DNA of 64,000 bases from contig NW_024704742.1 in NCBI RefSeq assembly GCF_018977255.1, positions 125,490,001 to 125,554,000 of the forward strand. Reading direction: 5' to 3'. This DNA comes from Callorhinchus milii. Taxonomy: Eukaryota. Position numbers and translations under genes: made by a program. Positions 1 to 13,340 of this stretch are shown here, in pieces. Positions within the stretch are counted from its first letter, which is position 1, and each line of letters opens with the position of its first letter. The notes below the pieces were generated by a model. It had not been told where the DNA came from. It worked only from the letters and a program-made list of their open reading frames with translations, and did no database searches.

Positions 1-1115
1 AATTTTAAGCACATTGAAGTTATTGGAAATGTGAACATGGATTATTGTAGTGCTATAATTAGTAAATTAGCTTTTTTCTTCATAATTTCATAACATGGCA
101 GTTATTTAGGAGTGACAATATCTTCAATAAAACATTCTTCTCCCTGTTTGTGATAGAAGAAATGTATACAGGGGCATCTTCCTTTCCTACAAAGCTCCAG
201 CTATGGGGCGATCTGTCCCACTTAATAATAATAATCCTTGCATTTGATATAGCATCTTATCATATCTTCAAGACGTCTCAAAGCACTTCACAGGATAGAC
301 TGTAAAGTGAATTGACTGTGCATTTTGTGGGCGAAATGCGGCAGCCAATTACGCACAGCAGTGTCCCACAAACAATCGTAGATTGAGTGACCAAATGAAT
401 ATATTTTTTGAAGGGATTATTAACCCTTGTTTTATATAGTTTTTTTGATTAGCCAGGTGTCTGACACATGCAGAAACCCATCACCATGCTTAAGAGCATC
501 CAAACCATATAGTATTTTACTGACTGGCAATGGAGTGATGTGCCTGACCCTTAATTGTTTAAAATCCCATGTGACTGGGGCTGTGTCAGTCTAAAGTGTG
601 CTGATCCGGTTCTGTTACACAGTGGAACTGGGCTGTCTTGTCTGCCTGACTATTGTTCTGACTGTATAGAAATCGCATCAACCAAGCACACTGGTAAAGT
701 TTATGTTGCTGTTTCTGAAGCTGCTGTCTTGAGTGTATAGAGGCAGAATCCACTTGACTTTATCTTGATATCATTACACATTAACCGAGACAGGCTCAGT
801 CAGTGGGGATCTGATTGTGCAGATGTAGACTGCAGCTCCACTCTTTCTCTCTCCCTAACTATTATTCGGCTGATATGTGTAATAAAGCTGAAGCACTTTC
901 TCTGCCTGGCACAAACTAACCTAACTGTACACAGACTGGATGAAGTTTGACCATAAATATATTCCGAGTTTGCCTGACTTCATGTGGTCTCCGTGGACTC
1001 GTGACACAGAGAAGTTCGTCTGATATGAAGATGAACAGGGAATGGAGCCCTTTTTGTGATTCTGCATCGATCTGGTTACAGAGAGCCTCAGACCTGGCTA
1101 CTGTATATTGATCTG

Positions 1116-1119
<4 letters not shown>

Positions 1120-1151
<32 letters not shown>
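1120..1151. repeat. (TG)n microsatellite
   Basis: Direct read. Confidence 0.95.
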
Positions 1152-1154
<3 letters not shown>

Positions 1155-4100
1155 GAAACCAGAGTGGCTTGCCTGACTCTATAGTAATCGGATTATATAG
1201 AGACTGGAGCTGGTGCAGTCTGCCTGACGTTCTGCTGCCCTGAATACATCAGGCTGGACTGCCAACCTCAGTGATCCGATTGGGAATTTTCCTTTAATCC
1301 CATCGCGATCTGCTGTCCCCGCTTCTCAGCTCCAATAACACTAATGCACCGCCCTTATTGGCTGCATTAGACAGATGTCCCTTCTCAAATCCGATTGCCA
1401 GTAATACTTTCACTCGTATTAAACGCAGACACCTCCTTTTACTTTTTTTAAAAAAAATAACATTGATACAGTGGCACACACAGCTGGGCAGTGTTCGTTT
1501 ATTAAAGTGCACAGAGGCATTTCACCCCCACCGCACACAGCGATTCTGCAGATCAAATCCACATCACACCGTTTACTAATGCAAAGCCCCCAAAAGCGGT
1601 CATTTTGTTTCCATGTAAAATGTCGTGGGATATCAGTCGAATACAATTGCTAAATATTTCAATGGCAAAACGCTGGGGTTGCACAAAATACGTCGCAATC
1701 AATACAAACGATTTTTTAAAAAAAATTCTAACAATTACCTGTGTACATATTGCATCTGAATTGGAAAACGCCACTTTGTTATGTGAAATGATGGGATTTG
1801 CTCTCCTCTTAAATCGTGGGCACATTTTACCACATGCAAATAATGTCGTAACTCGTAATGCATCGGATAAACTTCCAAATGAATGTACCAATGGGTAAAA
1901 CAGCGAGACATAGAAGGGTGAGATACATCACAGGGTTTATGTAACAAGAGGTTGCAACGCTTATTATGGTGTTAAATTTCATCAAACGCATTCAAATAAT
2001 ATTTGCTTCCTTCAATCGACAATTTGTGTCTATTTTTTTACAATATGTCTATTAAAATTTAAAAAAAACGTTTATTTCTGCTCTAATCCAACTGGGTCTG
2101 AAATGCAATGGGCTCGACATTTATTGTGTGTGTCTGTGTGTGTATACAGTTCCATCTCAGTGCCACACACGTTATTTTCAGATGAGAAGTGGCACAGTTT
2201 AATTTAATCACTGATGTGCGGAATATTTTGATCGCCCCTCAGTCCTTTTTTTGTAAAATGTACAACACACTCTCACACATGTTACATGTGTGAGAAATAT
2301 TACATTTCTCCTGCATTACATTGAAGTCAGAAAAAAAATCACCAATTACATCGCAGTGGAAAAAAATCTAACAATTTAACGATACAGGTTATTTTTTTCT
2401 CCCTGTGCATTTTTTTTATATCAATGTGGAAGGGGTGAGAATGGGGCAAAATGACAATTTCTCTACAAATTATAAATACAATGTGTAAAATTACAGATTA
2501 CAACACGCGGATTGCTTGACTTTGCATTTATTTTACACTTAGAAGTGAGTCAGGTTGTCATTTCCATACGAATAGTTAACACTACGAAATCGATACCAAA
2601 CGAATCTATAAATCAGCCATTATGTCAACGCAGATCAAAATAACGCGTCTGTTATTACAATCAATAAACTATTTTCAAACAACAGAAAATTTGACAAACA
2701 CACTGTACCGATTGGGAGCGTTAAGAGATTTGTACACTGAGTGTGTGTTTAAAAAAAATATTAATGCACAAACCTACTTTACCAACACTGAGAATTAATC
2801 CTAACATCTTCAATTGATGTTTTTTTTCGGATAAAATAATCCGGTATATGTAACATCGATCACAAAATAATCTAATAAAATGTCAGCTGCACAGTCTAAT
2901 ATTAACAATCAGGCTATTTTGCTATTAATAATGTGATGTTTTGTTGCTGTTCATTTTTTTTAGTGGGAGAGGGGGTGGAATATAACATTCGCAAATGATA
3001 ATAGTAACTATTTCCTTATAATGATGGATTCGTTAATGTAATATTCCTTTCCTGTCCTGGCAGTGACTGGTTAACCCGCACGTCTGAGAGAGAGAGAGAG
3101 AGAGAGAAGGGGAAAGAGAATAGCGTTGGGTTGTACTCCACTGTTAATCCTTTCTATCGCGTGTTAAAAGGACAAAGTAGCAGGACATTAAAGGTACAAT
3201 TTGATCTTCATAGATACAAACAGAAAATACCATAGATCTGCCGTATTTCCAGTGCGGGACTGACAGCTGTCCGCGGGACAAGGAAAAAAAAAGGTTAATG
3301 CAGGATAATGTAGCCATGCACATTCACAAATGAATCTACCAATAATTTATATTTTGGAAAGAGGAGGTCAAGCGACCCGGGGAGGAAGGGGCTTATCGCT
3401 GCTCTAGATAACTCCAACACAATCTGGGCAACTGGCCTGCCTTATCCCAATCCACCTTAAACACGCAGAGTTCTCCTGGTTCACTTTAATGCAAACAAAA
3501 ATCATTTCATCAAGTATTTGCTGCTTCTATTCGCCTTTCATCTGTGATGATTCGGGCGCCTCGCGTTTTGCTCCGCGTGAATAAATGTTAGGCATTTCAC
3601 AAAGCAAACACGTTTTAAACAGACTCCACACGATCCCTGCTTTCTATTGAATTTATTTCTGCACTGGCCCTGCTGCATATCTGAGCAGATGCAAAGCTGT
3701 GTGCTGTATTATATCTGTCAGTGTATTATAAATGAACCTATATGTTCGGTGCAGATTTTGTTTAAATGCAAACCCATATACTTTGATGACACGCCTGCAT
3801 AAAGTGGAAAGCTTTCCAAGAGGGCTTTATTGCGGTTGGGGAGGGAGAAATAAATGTATATTTTACAGCCCTTTCTGCCTTCCGTCTCACAAAGACGTCA
3901 GAGCTGAAAGGCAAAAGCGCTTCTCAAGATAAATCTGCATCCACCGCCCTTTCTCGTCAGCTAATAAAGACTCCACCGACCATCAATGATTAACAAGGAG
4001 GTGACTGGCAACAGCGCCGAGCACAGCGTGGCACTGACTGTGAGGTGGGTGCCCACCCCTCCATCCTCGCTGCAGTATTTTCCTCTTGAAAACATTTGCA

Positions 4101-7100
4101 CACCAACAAAAAAAAAGCCTTTCCTCGGATCAGATTCGAATGATTTCACCTTGCGTTTTTAGCACGTATTCATTTTGTTTTGCACGATTTAACCCCCTCC
4201 CTCAAAGAATCCACAGGAATACAGTGCTTCCGAGGGCGATCGGTTGTCAAGTGATAAGATGGGGTGGAGTTGGGTGGGGGGGGGTGTGGGGGGGTTGGGG
4301 GGGGAGAGAGAGAGAGAGAGAGTGCTGGTTCTCTGACTTTAATTCTAGAATTCCTTCCGTGAGATGATAATGTTTTGCTCAGATGGTATTTGTAAAGGTT
4401 TATTTGTATTCTTGCTCACTAGTATTCGTAGGAAAAGATGAACACACACACACACACACACACACCACACACAAATACCCACTGGGACACACAGACATTA
4501 TTAGCCACTAATTACCCACTGCCTCGGGCATAAGTGGAAATCTTCGCTTAAGGATATCTGAAAAGCTCAAAGTGGAGTCGCTGCTGCAACCAAAGCTGTT
4601 TCTGGTTTAATAACAAAAAAGGAAGACTTGCCACTAAACGGTTTCACCAACAAAGACTGGAAACAACAGTGTCCTGTTTAGACATATGTTTGATTCTTTT
4701 TTTTATATAATTCGCGATTCTTCCTTTTTTAAAAGGGAAAACAAAGCCCATGAATGGTTCACTTCAAACATGCTGTAATTTAAATTGCTATCGAGATCGA
4801 TGACTTAATAGACTGAAAACTCCTTTCAGTCAATAATTCCCATAATCTTTATGATACAAAAGGCCAGTTTGTGTGTGTGGGGGGTTTTAAAAATGGGAAC
4901 CTGCGTTTTATTACTGCAAGAATTCCACAATGCAAAAAGTAAAACGATTTTTATATATTTTCAATTAAAAAAACATATATTGACAGTCTGCCTCGTGACA
5001 ATAATGGTCAAGTTTGTGCCTTAAATTAACTGAAATCGTTTGTATTGGCACGTTTTCCCTTCGTTGCACGAATAAAATAACAAACATTGGTTGCTTTATT
5101 CCTTGTAATGAATATGGTATTTTTTTTAAAAAAATAATAGAGATACAGAGAAGTTGCTTCCTTCATATTTAAAAAAATGCCTCTTTCTCTCTCTCTCTCT
5201 CTCTCTCTCCTCCCGAAAGCAACCTCGCAGTTCCATACCCGCAGGTTTGAGAAATTGCTTTGAGATTAGCCAATTATGTGTCATTAATCACTAATACACA
5301 CAAGTATAAATCACACATATGCTGGAAACCCCACAGCACCCGGCGAGGTTTTACATAGCAACTATCTAAAGAACGATTTTCACTTGTTCATGTAACCAGT
5401 GTAACGGATCACACACCTCCCTCACTCGCTCACAAGGCTCAGGGCGTGTGGATCCACTGGTTAACAGAGAGAGAAGAGAGAATACAGCACTCATACACTT
5501 CCTACAATAACTAGAATCCTTCTGCGGGATTAAGCGATCATTTCCCTCTGAAGGGCTGCGTTGAAAATCACTGTAATATCTGAACGCCACATGCATAGAT
5601 TTGGGTTATTTTCTGGGAAAGGTAATTCCACTGAGACTGGCAGCACAGTATGCTGTTTGGCTTTAGCAACAGTTGAAGTGATCTACACAGTGTACAGTAT
5701 TCTGCTCCTTTCCTCCTTTCTTTTTGCTGCTTTTATTCTACATATGTGTGTGATGGTCTAAGCCTTTCAATTTCAGGCTGGCATCTGCCAATCTTATTGA
5801 GGGGATAAAATAAAAGCAAAGTTAGAATAATCATTATACCACCGAAGGCTGCAAGCCACGCTTAGAATTTAGGACATTTTAGGTGTATTTTTCTTGTTTC
5901 TGAAATGTATCGCCCAGCCTTCACACTTCCTTTGCAAGTATGAATTCAATGCAAACGTACAATCCTACCCATTAACAATACCAGGTCTACCTGTGTAACC
6001 TAAATCTGCATATTAAATGAAAAAAAACCTAATAAAACCTCTATTTCAATAACTGCAATTACAAGATATCTAATCATATATCAAATGTCGCATCAAATGT
6101 CTTAAATTGAAAATAAAATATTGATAAAAACGCAATTATATTATAAATGGAGAACAATTTAATGGTGAAACTCAAAGCGTCCAGCGTGTAATTCAGATTG
6201 GAAACTGCAATAATGCCATGACATGAAATATTGATACAATATTTGTTTTTCAACACAGCACCAACATACCGTCGAAAAGTAAACACAGAGGCAATGTAGT
6301 GAGAGGAAAGATCATTTAACCACAAATATATTTGCATTCCTAATATTTACATTCTGCTGAAAGAAAGATGTATTTACTTTGCCACCTCGCTCGACTGTTA
6401 TAAGGCTCGTTGGTGGGGAAAAAGGGGGACTAATTTATCTAGAAAAACTACCAGTTACGAATGCAAACGCGTTTCATACCTTCTCCTCTGTTGAATAGCT
6501 CCAGCCAGTCCCTCCAAGGCCTGCCATTTCCCAACATTTTGTTGGTGGGTGGGGGTGGGGGTTGGGGGGGAGTGGGGGGTGGAGGAGGGAGAGAATTGGG
6601 GGAAAACACACCGACCTTCCTCTGATTAAGAACCCTTCTACAATTTATTTTGTTCTTTTCTCTCTAATGCAGCCCAGTGCAGGTGGCAGACTCTGCTAAC
6701 ACTGAAGTCTTTTCAAAAGGCTTCCTCCCTCCTAGTCAAGTACCATATAATTAATTTTAAGTTACTCCACGCACCATGTTATTAAGATCAAAATCAAAAA
6801 GCAGTGTCAAAAAGAAGTGATTTGCATAAGGCCCTTTTCCGTCTTTTGTTGTTGTGCTGAGTTGCCAAGGATTATAGCACTAATTGCCAAAGCTAAATAT
6901 TCAGGTTAATGTGCACACGCTACCAAGACTGTATTTAACAATGGGCAAAAATGTACTTAAAATCCCCAAGAAATGTCGACTTGGGTGACAAAGCTCAAAT
7001 GAAAGCAATCGCGATCCTCATTTTCCCTGTTGCACATATTGCAAGTTTAATGCCAAATAGACGACTACTGGGGCGTTAGGTAATAATATGCACTTTTGCT

Positions 7101-8053
7101 ATACCTATGTGGGTCCAGTTTACTTTCAAAAACACGGTTGAGAAACACTGAGTATTAAGATTCACGTCTCTTGTGCTTCTCTTCCCCTTTAGCCGGAGGG
7201 CGAACGGGAAAATAGATGATTCATCACAAAACAATGGTTCTCTGTCCAGTTCCTGCACAGCAGCCTCAGCAAACACTGCTTCAGGTCAAAGGCGACATCT
7301 GATGGACACACAAGGAAATGTATCATCTGTGCTTCTGAACGAGAGATACGGTGGTCTAATGTCGCCCCCTAACGATGGTAAAGCTAAACAGCCACACAAA
7401 TGGGAAGGGCACTTGAAACTGGGAACTGATTCCTATACTAATAACAATCCTTGCATTTGATATAGCGCCTTATCGCATCGTTGAGACGTTTTGATTGTGG
7501 ACTTGAGTGTGTATTTTGCGGGCGAAACGCAGCAGCCACTTGCACGCACCAATGTCCCACAAACAGCCATGGAGTGAATGAACAATTTTATTTTAGGGGA
7601 TTGTCGGCCTGGCCACCTAAACTCCCTTATCTTTTCATATAGTGCCATGGGATCTTTAACATCCACTTGAACAGGCAGATGGGACCTTGATTTAATTCCC
7701 CAATCTCCTCCCCAAATGTACCAAGTAAACATATTCTGTGCTACGAATGCTAAAGTGCTAAGAATTCACAATTATTTACATGACATAGAAATAAAATCCC
7801 AAACCGGTAAAATAAATCTGAAATAAAACCAGAAAATACTGGAAACCCACATCCAGCCAAACAATCTGAAAAACAAAATATAGGTTTGAAAGCAGATATC
7901 TTATACATTTAAAATGGGAAGAATAATGAAGTGAACCCAGAACAATACCTTCTGATAATAATAATAGTAATAATAATAATGATCCTTACACTTAATAGTG
8001 CGCATTTTACGTGGAGTGCTTTAGCACTTGGAATACTGTGTGCAGTTCAGGCC

Positions 8054-8333
8054 AATAATAATAATAATCCTTGCATTTAATATAGCACTTTTCACGTCAG
8101 GAGGACGTCCCAAAGCGCTTCACAGAACACACTGTAAAGTGAATTGACTATTTGTGGGCGAACGCGGCAGCCAATTGCGCACAGCAATGTCCCACAAACA
8201 GTCGTAGATTGAAAATGACCAATTACTTATTGTTTTTGGTTTTTTGGAGGGATTATTATTAGGCGTGTGGAGTAAGGAAACTTGCCCAAGGTTTCGCCCT
8301 GCCTGGAATTGAACTCAGGTCTCTCGCTTGCAA
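8054..8333 (-). mobile_element. tRNA-Ala SINE lacking its 5' end
   Basis: Family match from the tail up to the anticodon loop. Confidence 0.88.
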
Positions 8334-8339
8334 CACAAT

Positions 8340-8853
8340 ATATTGCAATATAAGAAGGATATTACAGCGAATGAAAGGATGCAAAGGAGGGAAACCGAAC
8401 TGATTGAGGGGATGGACGGCCTGGACAATGAGAAGCGATCAGGTAAACTGGACATGTTCACCCTGGAGAAGAAAAGGTTGAGGGCAATATGATTACGGTC
8501 TTTAAGATTCTGAAGGGACTAGATAATGCAGATCATGAAACGCTGTTTTATCTTGTACTGAATAGCAGAACCAGAAGACACGGCCAGTGATTAAAGGGGG
8601 GGTAAATTCAAAAGAAATCTGCGGAAACACTACTTCACTGAGTGAGTAGTATGGAACCGGCTCCCACCGGAAACGGTGGAAACAGTATTAATAGTTTCAA
8701 GAACAAATTAGATAGATTTCTGCTAGAAAATAATATATCAGGATACAGTATATAATTTGGGACACGACATGTCAAGCAACTGCCAAGATATTGGAAGGCG
8801 AACTAGATGGACCTTGGACTTCTTTCGTCTAGCAAATTCTTATGTTCTTATAT
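8340..8853 (+). mobile_element. CR1 LINE 3' end (different subfamily)
   Basis: Degenerate ORF2 C-terminus (LDMFTLEKKRLR-like) and ttcttatgttcttat tail. Confidence 0.75.
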
Positions 8854-11800
8854 TGGTTAGAGCACTCAGTTCAGAAGTGAAAATCTTTTACCTAGCAAAT
8901 TTTTACGTTCTTATATTGGTTAGAACCCAGGTAGAGGAAAACCTTAGGCAAGTTTCCTTAGCAGTAAATAGGAACCCGGTTATTAGTCGATTGGCAGATC
9001 ACTTTCCAGGAGTAATAATCCCTTAAAAAAAGAATAATAATTTAGTTATTCAATCCATGCCAGTTTGCATACCATCATAAGCTGTTTTATCTTGTACTGA
9101 ACAATAGAACTAGAGGACATGGTCTGCGATTGAAGGGGGGTAAATTCAGAACCAATTTGCGATTGGTTAATCAATTGTGCAATTGGCTGCTGCGTTTCAC
9201 CCACAAAATCTACAGTCAATTCACTTTATAGTGTATTCTGTGAATCGTTTTGAGACTTCTCAATGGCATGATAAAGTGCTATATCAAATACAAAGATAAT
9301 TTTTATTATTTTACATCAGGAGATTTGATCCAAGTGCTTCACAGGGTATACTGTAATGCATAGTGTGACTGCGACTGTGTTTTGTGGGTAAATGCATGGA
9401 GTGAGACTGCAGAGGATAGAATGTATATTCTGGAAAGATGAGATTAAATGGGCCAAAGGGCTTTCGTCAAACACACCAACCTTGTGATCTTTTGATATTA
9501 GCGCTGTATATCTAGCACAGGTCTTCATTATATAAAATAGATAGTGCAAGTGAACTCATGACATAGGGCCAAGACGTTTCACTTCAAACGTGTGTGGTCC
9601 ACTCTGCTCTTTGCTCTTAAGTCATTAAAATTAATACCAGATTCAAATAAAATAAAACAAAAAAAATCAAATAAAACTATTCTCCTTTAAGGGGATGTTA
9701 GCAATATGTTCCTCAGGCCGCTGCAGCAAATGTTAGATATAATTTGGTTGCATTTTCCACTAAATAATTATATCCTTAATTACTCTTCAATTTATTAATC
9801 TTTAGCTGCATAAGTAACCTTTTAAATGTTATTAGTTTTACAATGGGGGATTACACTTGTTTGATGCTCTTAGGAAGAATATTCTTGACCTCCTTTGTCA
9901 CTCACTTGTTAGAGCTCCTTCTGCTACACAGTACAGTACTATAGCTCCTGAAAAGGAGCAATTTTAACCAAAGAAAATATGAACAAGAACAGCAGCTTGG
10001 CTCATCAAGCTCATCCCTTTTACAGCTAGGTCAAAGTATCCTATTGCGGATCTCAGCCTTCCTCCCAACTCAATCTCAGTGGAGAACATAAAAATATTTC
10101 CAGAAGATATTGGTAAAATGTGTTTAAAGATATTTCCAGAAGTTCAAACAAAATCAAATAAAAACGCTAAAATATTCATCCATTGGCACCTCTCCTCCAT
10201 ATTCAACATTGATTTTCCCCCAACCTGGCATCATTATTTTTCGAAGGCATTATCTCAGAAACAGCCATGTCCAGTAAATTATTGTATTAACTAATTCTGC
10301 ATCTATTCATATACCCTCCAAAACAGTTCTCAAGCAGATACTTGGCAAACTTTTTAAAGAATGTAATCAACTGCTGATGTTAGGAGGTTGTCCCATGCAC
10401 TGTATCCAATAGTCTGCGGAGAAAACAAATCCTTTAATTTAAATTAAAAATTTAATTTAAAATGTCTTGCCTGAGACTTTTTAATTTGAATCTATGACTC
10501 CAATTATGATCTCATTCCTCAACTAACAACAACTTGTATTTATATATGTACAATATAAATGGAGGGCCCTCTATTTTGTATCCATATTCCACTGTATTTT
10601 TGGTCCAATATGTATTAGATTGGATTTATCTACATAAAAATCAATTCACCACCCCTCCAATCATTTATTTAATTAGTACAGATATTTTTGACTGCTGTTT
10701 TCTTCCTCAAACCTGTATTATTCACTGCTACAATTCACAGTAAAAAATCCTGTGAAGAGCTTTGAGACATTCAACAACGTAACAGGGTGCTATATTCAGT
10801 TGTGTGAAGCATTTTGAGACTATGAAAGACACCATATAGCAAATTGATATTGTTGTTGTTTCTGGGTCGGCAACTTTAACTTTCCTTCTGAAATCTGACT
10901 TTGAATCAGTCCAGATTGATGAGATTGATGAGACCTCTCCTTGCTAGCTGTAAGGTGCAAAGCAAAATTAATTTGGGCAGTCTCAATCCAGCTTTTAGCA
11001 TGTATGATTTCCACAATTACATTTAATTGGCAACCACAGTTGGAAACACTGTAAGGATTGATGGTGTGGGAAATGCAATTATCATACTTGTAGATTTAGG
11101 TGTGCTATTATAAGGTTGGGTTTAATGCACATCAGGTGAACTATTCTATCGCCTCAATAAATTTGCGCAGTGTCACAATATATAAAGTGGTGTGAGGAAA
11201 CTCAGAATAAACATTAAAAGCAGTATAAAAATAGCAATAGCTAAAGTTTATTTGGAAATGTAATGGTTCCATGCGTGCAGTGTAAACCGATCAAATACAG
11301 CATCCCCATGATATGCAGAAGTCACCCAGAAGTTATATTGAATTTGTGCAATTCTGGTCTGACCCACTTGGAATTATGCAACTAAATGTCTGGTTGATGT
11401 ATTACAATAAGGATATTTTGGCACTTGAGAGGGTACAGCAAAGACAACTATATTTATAGCTAGAATTAGGCATCTCAGTCATGAGGTGAGGTTATGGAAG
11501 CTGGTACTATATCATAATACTAATAATATTCCTTGCATTTGATATAGCGCCTTACATTTGATATAGCACCTTGAGATGTCATTGAAACGTTTCAAGGCGC
11601 TTCATAGAATATACTGTAAAATGAATTGACTGTATATTTTATGGCCGAAACGTGACAGCCTATTGCTCACAGCAGTGTCCTACATACAGGCATGGATTGA
11701 GTGACCAAATTCTTCTTATTATTTTTCGAAGGCATTATTACCCCCAGAAAGCGATCCAAATAGTATATCAATATACTATTTGGAAATACTTATTGCATCA

Positions 11801-12469
11801 GCACCAAATACTATTTGCTGCTGATGCAATAAGAAAATATTTGGTTCCTTCTCACTTCAGTCAATCATCATCAACAAATAAAAACTTTTATTTCACAAAT
11901 CCAAAGCAAACACGTTGTTTTTTCTTATGTCATGACTCATATGCTTTTAACACAAGTAGCAGAAGCTATTGACTTGGCTCGTTACGTTCCTGCTTCCTGC
12001 TTCCTCTGACCTTTTGCATTCCCAGACCACAGTATAATTTTTGAACACTAAACCATGCTGTCTTATCAACAATAAAGTACTAACATTAAAGCATGTTGGC
12101 TTGCCACAACTAAATTACAGTGTTGCAAACTATATGATGTGTCATTCTAGCTCATTTGGGAGCATTCTTGCCTCTGAGTCGGAAAGTTGTGGGTTCAAGC
12201 CCAATGTGAGGACTTTGAAACCACAGTCTAGGCTGACGTTCCAATACAGTGCTGGAGGTGGACTGCATTGGACGAACAGGAGAAGCAGTACGTAAAGAAT
12301 TCTGGAAACGTAGAAATATAGAAATCTACTGCTTAGAAGAAGGCCATTCAGGCTATCAAGAGCACATTGGCTCACAAAGCAAAGAGATCGATTCCATCTC
12401 ATTGCCCAACCTTATCCGCATTCCTCTTCAAACCCTTCTCTTTCATATGCTGTCCATTGTTTACTACAT

Positions 12470-12826
12470 GGAGTCCTGTAGTTCAGTGGTTAGTGCACTC
12501 GCCTTGCAATTGAAAGACCTGGGTTCGATTCCTGGCAAGGCGAAATGTTGGAAAGTTTCCTTACTCCATACGCCTCTGTTTACCTAGCAGTAAGTAGGAA
12601 CCCGATTGTTAGTCGATTGGCGAATCGCTATTCCGGGGGTAACAATTCCTTAAAAAAATTGGTCATTTCAATCCACGATTGTGTGGAACACTGCTGTGTG
12701 CAATTGGCGGCCATGTTTCGCCCATAAAATATACAATCAATTCACTTCACAGTATATTCTGTGAAGTGATTTGAGATATCTTGAAGACACGACAAGGTGC
12801 TATATCAAATGCAAGGACTATTATTA
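12470..12826 (+). mobile_element. Longer, older form of the tRNA-Ala SINE
   Basis: Same head and tail, plus an extra internal segment ctgtttacctagcagtaagtaggaacccg..tagtcgattggcgaatcgct. Confidence 0.88.
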
Positions 12827-13279
12827 CTTCCCTCCTAAATGCAACAATGGATTCCACCTCTACTTGTCAGGGCTTTGCACATCCCAACAACTTTCTGGGT
12901 GAAAAAAATCTTTCTAAGTTCTCCTTTTGCTGTTCTTGTCGCGACATTATAACTCTATCCCCTAGTCACTGTCAATGGAAATAACTTCTCCCTATTTACC
13001 CTGTCAAAACCCCTCACAATTTTGTACACTTCGATCAAGTCACCCCTTAACGTTCTCTGCTCCAATGAAAACAAATCCAATATCTCCTATCTCTCCTCAT
13101 AACTGTAGCCTTTCAGCCCTGGAATCATTCTCATAAACCTTTGGACATCTTTCCTGAAGTGAGGTGCCCAAAACTGGATGCAGTACTTCAGTTGTGGCCC
13201 AAAAATAATAACAATAATAATAATTATCCTTGCATTTGTTATAGTGCCTTATCACGCAGTTGAAATGTCTTAAAGTGAT

Positions 13280-13340
13280 AATAATTACTAATTATAATTA
13301 CTAATGATAATAACTAATGATAATTACTAATCAATAATTT
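13280..13340. repeat. Short AT-rich tandem repeat (~12-bp unit ATAATTACTAAT-like)
   Basis: Direct read; about 4-5 imperfect units. Confidence 0.7.
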
